Made by a program: the position numbers and the translations under genes. Of a stretch of DNA of 64,000 nt, positions 1 through 7,888 are shown piece by piece. The DNA is from an uncultured Bacilli bacterium (GTDB lineage Bacteria; Bacillota_I; Bacilli_A; RF39; UBA660), in contig CAKPHY010000004.1 in assembly GCA_934162285.1 (NCBI GenBank), positions 542 to 64,541 on the forward strand, read 5' to 3'. The notes under the pieces were generated by a model. It was not told where the DNA came from, did not search any database, and saw only the letters and a program-made list of their open reading frames with translations. The stretch's first letter is position 1; every line of letters begins with the position of its first letter.

Positions 1-365
1 AGTGATACTTTAGGTAAACTATTTAAAATTGTTAAAAAAGGATCAAATATCTTAGCTAGAATTTTATTAAGCCAAAGAATAGAAGCTACGAAAACACCAA
101 CTAAAGTAGTTAAGACAAAACAAATCAAAACTTCATATAAAGTAACAAATATATGTTCAAATAAAGTATTAGATTTAAATAAAGAAATAAGCGTTTTAAC
201 AACATTTAATGGACTAGATAATATAAATGAATTTAAAACATTTAAATCAACTAATAACTGCCATAAAAACAAGAAAATAAAGACAATTAAAAATCTAAAA
301 AGTAAAACAATAAATTTTTCAAATCTTAATTTTTTTAAAAATTTAATATGCTCATCACTAAACAT
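1..365 (-). CDS. ABC transporter permease, N-terminal part (gene runs off the left edge)
   Basis: Manual minus-strand translation from ATG at 365-363 gives MFSDEHIKFLKKLRFEKFIVLLFRFLIVFIFLFLWQLLVDLN..., hydrophobic and open to position 1. The start overlaps the stop of the upstream ATPase gene by 8 nt. It is absent from the ORF track because it is open at the window edge. Confidence 0.7.
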   Translation of the reverse strand, partial: MFSDEHIKFLKKLRFEKFIVLLFRFLIVFIFLFLWQLLVDLNVLNSFILSSPLNVVKTLISLFKSNTLFEHIFVTLYEVLICFVLTTLVGVFVASILWLNKILAKIFDPFLTILNSLPKVS

Positions 366-1104
366 TTTTATCAATATCCTTCCATATTAAATCATAATAT
401 TCAAAGAATTTATTTGTTTTTCTAATTTCTAAAGGACTAAGTCTTTCTTCAAATTCAATATTATAAATATTTTTAATGTGAGCTGGCCTTTTAGTTAATA
501 CAATTACACGATCAGCCATACTTATAGCTTCAGCTAAATCATGAGTTACCATAATTGCACTTTTCTTTTCACTTTTTATAATTTTGTAAACATCATCAGC
601 AACAGCTAATCTTGTTTGATAATCTAATGCACTAAAAGGTTCATCTAAAAGCAAAATATCTGGATTAGTAGCAAGTGTTCTAATTAAAGCAACCCTTTGA
701 CGCATACCACCAGATAAGCTATTAGGATAACTATTAATAAAATCATTTAATCCATAAGTATTTAATAAATTTTTAACATTTTCAATATTCTTTTCATTTA
801 AACAATTATTTATTTCTAATCCAAGTAAACAATTACTTAAAATCGTACGCCAATTAAAAAGAGCATCCTGTTGTAACATATATCCAATTTTTAAGTTTTC
901 TTGCATTACAATATTGCCATCAGTTTTATTAAGAAGACCTGCTAGAATTGAAAGTATTGTTGTTTTACCACAGCCAGAAGGACCAACAATCGCAACAAAT
1001 TCGCCATTATTTAAATCAAATGAAAAGTCTTCAATCGCGACAGTTTCACTATTTTTAGACTGATAGTTTTTACGCAAATGTTCAATTGACAAAATTTTTT
1101 CCAT
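358..1104 (-). CDS. ABC transporter ATP-binding protein (nitrate/sulfonate/taurine-type importer ATPase)
   Basis: Walker A GPSGCGKTT, ABC signature LSGGMRQRV, Walker B LLLDEPFSALD, H-loop VTHD; 248 aa. Confidence 0.9.
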   Translation of the reverse strand: MEKILSIEHLRKNYQSKNSETVAIEDFSFDLNNGEFVAIVGPSGCGKTTILSILAGLLNKTDGNIVMQENLKIGYMLQQDALFNWRTILSNCLLGLEINNCLNEKNIENVKNLLNTYGLNDFINSYPNSLSGGMRQRVALIRTLATNPDILLLDEPFSALDYQTRLAVADDVYKIIKSEKKSAIMVTHDLAEAISMADRVIVLTKRPAHIKNIYNIEFEERLSPLEIRKTNKFFEYYDLIWKDIDKNV

Positions 1105-1214
1105 AAGTCTTCCTCCTTCAATTTAATATATTCTAAAAATAATATCATGTGTAGGTTTACGTTTAAGACTTTAAAAATAAAAGTCAATGTGCTATAATCA
1201 AACTAGGTGATTGC

Positions 1215-2378
1215 ATGGAAGAAAAAAGAGATTATGACAAAGAGCTAGAAAAAAAAGATACTCTTATGTGGAGTGATGAAGATTATAAATCAATGGAAAA
1301 ATTAACTGGTTTTTCTGAAGAAGATGTGCAAAAAGAAAATAAAAAAGCCTTGCAAATATTACTATACTCACTTGCTTTTATTTTTATCCTTGGAATTGGT
1401 ATTCTAATAGGTTATAATTTGCCAAGACTATCAAAGAAAGAAGAAAAAACGCAGCCTCCAATAGAAGAAGTAATAAAGGATGATTTAACAATAAATGATG
1501 CCTATACAAAGAAAAATGCCAGTGGTGAACTTTATTTATATTTAGAAGATAATCAAAGTGAAACATATTCAATTATGGATTTATCAAAGTTTACTAATTA
1601 TCAATTTAGTATTTATAATAATAACTTATATTTATTATTACTTGATAGTAATTACAAACTATATCAAATAAATGTCAATCAAAATGGCTATCGTACTAAA
1701 TATATAAAATCATTTGATATTGATGAATTTTCTAATGTTTATTTAAATGATAATATTATCTATTATAGTGTTTCAAAAATTTTAGAAATGTATAACATAG
1801 ATAATAATGAAACAACTAAAATGGAAGTTAATTTAGCTGAAATATTAAGTATTAAAAATAATAAAATTTTATATAAAAATGACAATAAAGTATACTTATA
1901 TGATCTAATAACTAAAACTGAAGAAGAACTAGGTAATGATTATTTATATGCAACAATTGTTAATGATGATAAAATATTATATTTTGTAAAAAATAATAAA
2001 CGAAATACCATTTTATTCTATGAATATTCTAATGAGCAACATGAATTTATCTCAGAATCAACAATGGAAAATTTACAATTAATAAATTATCAAGAAACCT
2101 ATATTTATATAGATAAAAATACTGCTTATGTATTTGAAAATGAACAAAATAAAGAAATATATAAAATAAATGAAGGTATATCTGAAATAGCATTCATTAA
2201 TAAAGAAGAAGTTATTTTTATACCATCAACATATAATATTACTACTTGTGATAATGCTAAAACAAAAGTAGGAGTTTATAATTTATTATATAAACAACTA
2301 AAAGAACAAGAAATTGAAGGTTGTTTAGAAACCCAAATAATCAATGATTTAACATTAGCAAAAAATATCAAGAATTAA
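1215..2378 (+). CDS. hypothetical single-pass membrane protein with a Tyr/Asn-rich repetitive ectodomain
   Basis: Long ORF preceded by TGcTATAAT-N7-GGTGAT-N3-ATG. One hydrophobic helix (ALQILLYSLAFIFILGIGILIGY). No motif recognised. Confidence 0.5.
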   Translation: MEEKRDYDKELEKKDTLMWSDEDYKSMEKLTGFSEEDVQKENKKALQILLYSLAFIFILGIGILIGYNLPRLSKKEEKTQPPIEEVIKDDLTINDAYTKKNASGELYLYLEDNQSETYSIMDLSKFTNYQFSIYNNNLYLLLLDSNYKLYQINVNQNGYRTKYIKSFDIDEFSNVYLNDNIIYYSVSKILEMYNIDNNETTKMEVNLAEILSIKNNKILYKNDNKVYLYDLITKTEEELGNDYLYATIVNDDKILYFVKNNKRNTILFYEYSNEQHEFISESTMENLQLINYQETYIYIDKNTAYVFENEQNKEIYKINEGISEIAFINKEEVIFIPSTYNITTCDNAKTKVGVYNLLYKQLKEQEIEGCLETQIINDLTLAKNIKN

Positions 2379-2389
2379 CTTGATATTTT

Positions 2390-3370
2390 TTATTTAACAT
2401 TTTTTATAAGTTTATCATAAGGAGCAATACCTTTTAATTCACCAGCAGCATCAATAATTTCTAAAACATGATTATAACTATCTTCATCAATATGGGTAGT
2501 TTTATACCACGAATCAATTTTTTTATAACGATCAACTAATTTTGTTAAATCATCTAAAGAAGTATCAGGGAAATAATCCAAAATAATCTTAGCAATTTCT
2601 TCGGCACTATGCGAATGCGTAAAATCTAGACCCTTTTGAATAGCGTTGCTAAAGGAAGTAATAACATCCATATTATTTTCAATATAACTTTTTCTAGCAT
2701 TATAAACAGTATAAGGAACTTCACCACCAAGTTCACCTAAAGAAGCTACAACATAACCATATCCCTGTTCTTCAATTTTTAAAGCATTAGGTTCAAATAA
2801 AGAAACAAAATCTCCAGTTCCTCCAATAAAACTACCAGACATAGCAGGAAAAGCAATACTAGTGTCAATAGTTACATCTTTAAGATTGATTCCGTTTTCT
2901 TTAAGAATCCATTCTAAAGTCATCTCTGGCATTCCAGCTTTTCTTCCACCAATAATATATTTTCCTTTTAAGTCTGTTAATTTAAAGTTATCTGTTTTTT
3001 TCCTAGATACAATAAAGCTACCATCTTTTTTAGTTAATCCAGCAAAATTTACTAAATAATCTTTTTCACCATTATTATAAATATAAATAGTTGCTTCACT
3101 ACCACAAAAACCAATGTTAACATCACCAGATAAAACACTAGCAGCAACAGCATCAGCTCCAGCTGTTAAAATAATTTCTACATCTAATCCTTCATCTTTA
3201 AAATAACCTAAAGCATGAGCTACATATTGAGGAGTGTAAAAAACACTATGAGCAACTTCTGCAACTTTAATTTTTTTCAAACTATCATTATTTTTTGGCC
3301 TAAAAATAAAAATGGCAGTAAGACCTAATAATAAGATAATAAGAATGTAAACAAATAAATTTTTTTTCAT
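2390..3370 (-). CDS. ABC transporter substrate-binding protein, NMT1/THI5 (SsuA/TauA-like) family
   Basis: N-terminal signal/anchor helix. Overall pattern (VAEVAHSVFYTPQYVA..GYFKDEGLDVEI) is typical of NMT1-like binding proteins. It lies near the matching ATPase and permease genes. Confidence 0.7.
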   Translation of the reverse strand: MKKNLFVYILIILLLGLTAIFIFRPKNNDSLKKIKVAEVAHSVFYTPQYVAHALGYFKDEGLDVEIILTAGADAVAASVLSGDVNIGFCGSEATIYIYNNGEKDYLVNFAGLTKKDGSFIVSRKKTDNFKLTDLKGKYIIGGRKAGMPEMTLEWILKENGINLKDVTIDTSIAFPAMSGSFIGGTGDFVSLFEPNALKIEEQGYGYVVASLGELGGEVPYTVYNARKSYIENNMDVITSFSNAIQKGLDFTHSHSAEEIAKIILDYFPDTSLDDLTKLVDRYKKIDSWYKTTHIDEDSYNHVLEIIDAAGELKGIAPYDKLIKNVK

Positions 3371-3546
3371 AAAACCTCCTAATACTTATATATTCAAATA
3401 AGCATTAAGTGTTAAAAAAATGTAAAAATTTCTTTTCTATTTTATTTACTTATTTCTAAAATATTTTAATAATAATTTGTGATATAAGAAAAAAAGTTTA
3501 ATTGCTCTAAGTATTAAATTATGATAAAATTAAAAAAGGTGGTTAT

Positions 3547-3855
3547 ATGAAATCTTCAAAACAAGCTTTAGCAGTATTAGCAGCTGTTATTATCATTTTA
3601 CTTATATATATTTTTTATACAATGATTAGTGATAAACTTACTAATACATATTATATAGTAAACTTTATAACTTACTCGGATACAGAAATACCTAGTCAGC
3701 AAGTAAAGATTAATGGAAAAGTAGAAAAACCAGTTGATCCTTATAAAGAGGGCTATGAATTTCTTTATTGGTATGATGCTAATGGTGAATATAACTTTGA
3801 TGAAAGAGTAAAAAGCAACAAGACTTTAAAAGCAAGATGGGAAGAAATAAAATGA
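3547..3855 (+). CDS. small membrane-anchored protein with one Listeria-Bacteroides (Flg_new) repeat
   Basis: One TM helix, then Y.V.F......G..V..P.DP.KEGYEF..WYD....YNFD..V....TL.A.W, the InlB B-repeat-like pattern. Confidence 0.55.
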   Translation: MKSSKQALAVLAAVIIILLIYIFYTMISDKLTNTYYIVNFITYSDTEIPSQQVKINGKVEKPVDPYKEGYEFLYWYDANGEYNFDERVKSNKTLKARWEEIK

Positions 3856-5933
3856 ATTTAGATTTACTTAATGAATGGCAGCTTGAAGCTGTAAAAACAA
3901 CTAATGGGCCACTTTTGATCTTAGCAGGAGCTGGTTCTGGAAAAACACGTGTTTTAACTTATCGTGTTGCTTATTTAATTAATGAAGAAAAAATAGATCC
4001 TTATAATGTTTTAGCAATAACTTTCACCAATAAAGCAGCTAAAGAAATGAAAGATCGTATTATTGGAATTTTGGGATTTAAAGCTTTAGGTATTCAAATT
4101 TCCACTTTTCACTCTTTAGGTGTATTAATTATCAAAGAGAATTATGAAAAAGCTGGTTATAAAAATAATTTTACTATTTTAGACAGTGATGATTCTTTAA
4201 CTTTAATAAAAAAAATATTAAAAGAATTAAACTTAGATCCTAAAATGTATAATCCTAAAGCTATTAGAAATCAAATAAGTGGCACTAAAAACCAACTTTT
4301 AACATCTAAAGAATATGAAAAATATGCAATGACTGATTTTGAAAAAGTTGTTTTCAAAGTTTATCAAAAATATGAAAACAAGCTTTTAGTAAATAATTCA
4401 TTAGATTTTGATGATCTTTTAATGTTACCAATCAAGATTTTTAGAAAATATCCTGAAGTTTTAAAGCATTATCAAGAAAGATTTAAATATATTCTTATTG
4501 ATGAATATCAAGATACTAATGAAGCTCAATATACATTTGTAAAAATGTTAAGTGCTAAATATAAAAATATATGTGTAGTTGGTGATAATGATCAATCAAT
4601 ATATTCTTTTAGAGGAGCTAATTACCATAATATTTTAAATTTTGAAAAAGATTATCCTAATTGTAAAGTGATAATGTTAGAAAAAAATTATCGTTCAACT
4701 AAAACAATTTTAAATGCTGCTAACGATGTTATAAAAAATAATAAAGAAAGAAAAGATAAAAATCTTTGGACAGATAATGAACTTGGAAATAAAATAAAAT
4801 ATCATCGTGCATTAGATGAAAAAGATGAAGCTTTTTATGTTCTTCAAGAGGTAAAAAAATTAATAGATCAAGGAATAAAATTAAATGATATTGCTGTTTT
4901 ATATCGCACTAATGCTCAATCAAGAAATATTGAAGAAGCTCTTTTAAGAGAAAGTATTCCTTATCGTGTAATAGGTAGTTTTTATTTCTATAATAGAAAA
5001 GAAATAAAAGATTTAATTTCTTATTTAAAAGTTATTTATAATTCTAATGATGATATAAGTTTACTTAGAATAATAAATGTTCCTAAAAGAGGAATAGGTG
5101 ATAAAACTATTCAAAACTTGACAAAAAAAGCTAATTCATTAAATACTTCATTATTTGAAGCAATTGATTCAGGAAAAGAATTATTATTTAAACAAACTAT
5201 TAATGAATTAAAAGAAATAAGTGAAAAATCATCATTAACAGAATTAATAGATCAAATTTTAAATAAAAGTGGTATAAAAAATGAACTTGAAAATGAAAAA
5301 TCAATAGAAGCGGATATTCGTTTAGAAAACTTAGAAGAATTTAAAACAATAACTAGAAATTATGAAGAAAATAAAGGAATAGCTTCATTAGATGAATTTT
5401 TAAATGAAATAAGTTTAGTTTCGGATGTTGAAGAATATCGTAATCGTGATGATGTTATAACTTTAATGACTATTCATTCTGCAAAAGGACTAGAATTTAA
5501 CAATGTATTTTTAATTGGTATGGAAGAGGGTATATTCCCTCATCAAGCGGCTTTTTTTGATAACAACGAATTAGAAGAAGAAAGAAGACTATGCTATGTA
5601 GCAATAACAAGAGCCAAAGAAAAACTTTATATTGTTAATGCCAAAAGAAGAACTCTTTATGGTATTGATAGTGTTAATCCACCAAGTCGTTTTATAAGTG
5701 AAATAAATAAAGAACTTTTAGAACCTGATGAAGTTAAAGAAGAATTTAAATCTCCAATTAAAAGAACAATTGATACCTCAATTGAGTATAAAGCTGGTGA
5801 ACATGTTTTACATGACACTTGGGGTGAAGGGGTAATTATAAGTGTTGAAGATAAAATACTAACGGTTGCTTTTCCTCATCCTAATGGCATAAAAAAATTA
5901 ATGAAAGGTCATAGCAGTTTTCATTTAGTATAA
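3852..5933 (+). CDS. pcrA: ATP-dependent DNA helicase PcrA (UvrD/Rep superfamily 1)
   Basis: Motifs AGAGSGKT, DEYQDTN, VGDNDQSIYSFRGA, YRS, TIHSAKGLEF, YVAITRAKEKL. Start moved to the ATG at 3852 (MNLDLLNEWQ); the track ORF begins 15 nt earlier inside the previous gene. Confidence 0.92.
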   Translation: MNLDLLNEWQLEAVKTTNGPLLILAGAGSGKTRVLTYRVAYLINEEKIDPYNVLAITFTNKAAKEMKDRIIGILGFKALGIQISTFHSLGVLIIKENYEKAGYKNNFTILDSDDSLTLIKKILKELNLDPKMYNPKAIRNQISGTKNQLLTSKEYEKYAMTDFEKVVFKVYQKYENKLLVNNSLDFDDLLMLPIKIFRKYPEVLKHYQERFKYILIDEYQDTNEAQYTFVKMLSAKYKNICVVGDNDQSIYSFRGANYHNILNFEKDYPNCKVIMLEKNYRSTKTILNAANDVIKNNKERKDKNLWTDNELGNKIKYHRALDEKDEAFYVLQEVKKLIDQGIKLNDIAVLYRTNAQSRNIEEALLRESIPYRVIGSFYFYNRKEIKDLISYLKVIYNSNDDISLLRIINVPKRGIGDKTIQNLTKKANSLNTSLFEAIDSGKELLFKQTINELKEISEKSSLTELIDQILNKSGIKNELENEKSIEADIRLENLEEFKTITRNYEENKGIASLDEFLNEISLVSDVEEYRNRDDVITLMTIHSAKGLEFNNVFLIGMEEGIFPHQAAFFDNNELEEERRLCYVAITRAKEKLYIVNAKRRTLYGIDSVNPPSRFISEINKELLEPDEVKEEFKSPIKRTIDTSIEYKAGEHVLHDTWGEGVIISVEDKILTVAFPHPNGIKKLMKGHSSFHLV

Positions 5934-5956
5934 AAGCACAAAAAAAGTGCTTTTTT
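5932..5956. terminator. intrinsic terminator hairpin (bidirectional A-tract/T-tract) after pcrA
   Basis: AAAAGCAC-aaaaaaa-GTGCTTTT followed by T run. The same hairpin-containing flank recurs downstream of the paralogues near 7040 and 10396. Confidence 0.7.
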
Positions 5957-5962
5957 AATGCA

Positions 5963-6213
5963 CTAATATTTAAAATATCCATGAGTAGAATCAATTGTTT
6001 CGGTTCTATAGCCACAACACTCAAATCAAGTTTACTAGTTAAATTGTTAGCTTTAAAATCCCATTTAGCAATAGTACCATTGATAATTCCACTAATACTA
6101 GATTGATAAAAAACGTAGATAATAGAACCACCTATAACTAAAACTGAAAACGAAATAGATAAAATTAAAAATAATTTGAATTTGCACAAGAAAATATAAT
6201 AAAAAAAAGACAT
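5963..6213 (-). pseudogene. internally deleted remnant of a TasA/camelysin-like paralogue
   Basis: The 3' end (5963-6010) is near-identical to the 3' end of 10418..11116 (..ETIDSTHGYFKY*). It joins directly to an N-terminal piece (..ILSISFSVLVIGGSIIYVFYQSSISGIINGTIAKWDFKANNLTSKLDLS). The start codon and promoter are replaced by the junction ..aataatttgaat|ttgcacaagaaaat. Track ORF 5881..6213 is a chimeric reading of this. Confidence 0.75.
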
Positions 6214-6234
6214 AAAGTCTTTTAATAATTAGCA

Positions 6235-6957
6235 TTAATAAGCAAGTTGAATTGGCCCTTTTTCAGCATATACTTGACCGGCATAATAAAAGTAAAGATC
6301 TTGATCGTATCCATATTGTGTATTATCGCCTTTTATTAAGTTGTTACCAAGTTTATGATTTAAATTTAAAAGGAATAAAGGCCAACCTTTAGCTCCAGTA
6401 TATTGTCTGGCTATAATTTTGAATGTAGGAAATTCAATTTCTTCACCAGTATATTTATCACTACCATTATATGGCCAATTAAAGTAAATAGGAATAGTAA
6501 CAGTTTTACCTTTAGTAATTTTCCCATACCACCCAATGTAATATATACCGAGTCCATTGCTATTGGAAGGGGAATAAAATATATTAACGTCTGATACAGA
6601 ATCATTCCAACGTAAAAATCTGCTACCAGTTTTAGTTGCTGGAATATTCTCGGCAATTATTTCATAATAAACATCTAAATCGGAATTTTCGGCAGATAAA
6701 ACAATATTATAAGGACCATCCTCTTTTCCAGGGTATATTTCACCAAAATCAAGTTTAAAAGTATCAACTTGATTATTAGCCTTAAAATCCCATCTAGCAA
6801 TCGTACCACTAGCACTTCCTTTAATACTTGATTGATAAAAAGCATAGGTGGCAGTGCCTGCTATAATTAAAACAGAAAAAGAAATAGCTAAAATTAAAAA
6901 TAAATTAGAATTAAAAAAGTTCTTTTTTTCACAGTTATTATTTTTCACATGTTTCAT
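6235..6957 (-). CDS. secreted TasA/camelysin-like protein with SipW-type signal peptide, paralogue 1 (divergent C-terminal half)
   Basis: N-terminus KKNFFNSNLFLILAISFSVLIIAGTATYAFYQSS then SGTIARWDFKAN..LDFGEIYPGK.. resembles the TasA signal and mature start (..GGGTWAAFND..ASGTLDL...LKPGD). RBS AGGAG. Confidence 0.55.
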   Translation of the reverse strand: MKHVKNNNCEKKNFFNSNLFLILAISFSVLIIAGTATYAFYQSSIKGSASGTIARWDFKANNQVDTFKLDFGEIYPGKEDGPYNIVLSAENSDLDVYYEIIAENIPATKTGSRFLRWNDSVSDVNIFYSPSNSNGLGIYYIGWYGKITKGKTVTIPIYFNWPYNGSDKYTGEEIEFPTFKIIARQYTGAKGWPLFLLNLNHKLGNNLIKGDNTQYGYDQDLYFYYAGQVYAEKGPIQLAY

Positions 6958-6983
6958 TAATGATTACATCTCCTATAATAACC

Positions 6984-7014
6984 ATTATATATATATATAT
7001 ATATCAAAAGTCAA
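6984..7014 (-). promoter_or_regulatory. sigma-A-type promoter with (AT)9 tract filling the -35/-10 spacer (candidate phase-variable promoter)
   Basis: Gene strand reads TTGACT(7014-7009)-TTTG(AT)n-TATAAT(6989-6984). The perfect (AT)9 is at 6987-7004 and the spacer is 19 bp. AGGAG and ATG follow about 30 nt downstream. Confidence 0.6.
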
Positions 7015-7056
7015 ATAAAATTAGAGTTTTGCACAAGAAAATGTAATAAAAAAGCA

Positions 7057-7752
7057 CTAATATTTAAAATATCCATGAGTAGAATCAATTGTTTCTACTC
7101 TGTAGCCACAACCTGTTCCGATCATCCTATAACCATAAGCATCACCTGTACATGTAGTTGCGTAAGTACCGAAAGTTAAACCTAACATATTAATAGGTAA
7201 ACTCCCGGAATAACCAGTATATTGTCTACCAATAATTTTAATTGAAGATGAAGGAGTTCCAGCATAATAATTTTCTGAAGAAGCCCCATAAGGCCAATTA
7301 TAATAAAGTGTAACCGTTTCTTTAGAACCAGCTTTAATAACACCATATTTACCAACACGCCATTCATTTGGACTCATATTTCCTCTTGATCCTATTCCTC
7401 TATCATAATTAGAATCCCAATAAAGTTTAGAATTAATAGTACCACTTGGAAATATTAATTCATAATAAACATCAAGATCAGAATTTTCAGCAGATAAAAC
7501 TAAATCAACACTTCCATTTTTTCCAGGATATAATTCACCAAAGTCAAGGCTAATATTATCAGTTAAATTATTAGCTTTAAAATCCCATCTAGCAATCGTA
7601 CCACTAATAGTTCCATTAATACTAGATTGATAAAAAGCATAGGTAATAGAACCACCTATAACTAAAACAGAAAACGAAATAGCTAAAATTAGAAATAAAT
7701 TAGAATTAAAAAAATTCTTTTTTTCACAGTTATTATTTTTCACATGATTCAT
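7057..7752 (-). CDS. secreted TasA/camelysin-like protein, paralogue 2
   Basis: Same N-terminal signal (..ILAISFSVLVIGGSITYAFYQSS). Near-identical over its full length to 10418..11116. Confidence 0.55.
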   Translation of the reverse strand: MNHVKNNNCEKKNFFNSNLFLILAISFSVLVIGGSITYAFYQSSINGTISGTIARWDFKANNLTDNISLDFGELYPGKNGSVDLVLSAENSDLDVYYELIFPSGTINSKLYWDSNYDRGIGSRGNMSPNEWRVGKYGVIKAGSKETVTLYYNWPYGASSENYYAGTPSSSIKIIGRQYTGYSGSLPINMLGLTFGTYATTCTGDAYGYRMIGTGCGYRVETIDSTHGYFKY

Positions 7753-7778
7753 CAGTAATCACATCCCCTATAATAACC

Positions 7779-7809
7779 ATTATATATATATATATATATC
7801 AAAAGTCAA
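7779..7809 (-). promoter_or_regulatory. second copy of the promoter with (AT)9 in the spacer
   Basis: TTGACT(7809-7804), (AT)9 at 7782-7799, TATAAT(7784-7779), 19-bp spacer. The flank duplicates the 6958-7040 flank. Confidence 0.6.
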
Positions 7810-7888
7810 ATAAAATTAGAGTTTTGCACAAGAAAAAGTGCTTAAAAAGCACTTCTTAGTAAATAAATATTTTAAGGAATAAATTATG

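Noticed and set aside
1215-2378. A + strand gene separates the ABC substrate-binding gene (2390..3370) from the ATPase and permease genes (1..1104). It was considered as a possible insertion disrupting the transporter operon.
   Set aside because: All three transporter genes are intact, and each block has its own upstream AT-rich promoter-like region. No IS or repeat signature flanks the intervening gene, so this is ordinary gene order as far as can be seen.
7182-7367. 61-aa alternative-frame ORF inside paralogue 2, mirrored by 10543..10728 inside paralogue 3. This looked like a conserved overlapping gene.
   Set aside because: The conservation is explained by the near-identity of the two host genes. 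There is no RBS, and the product is low complexity.
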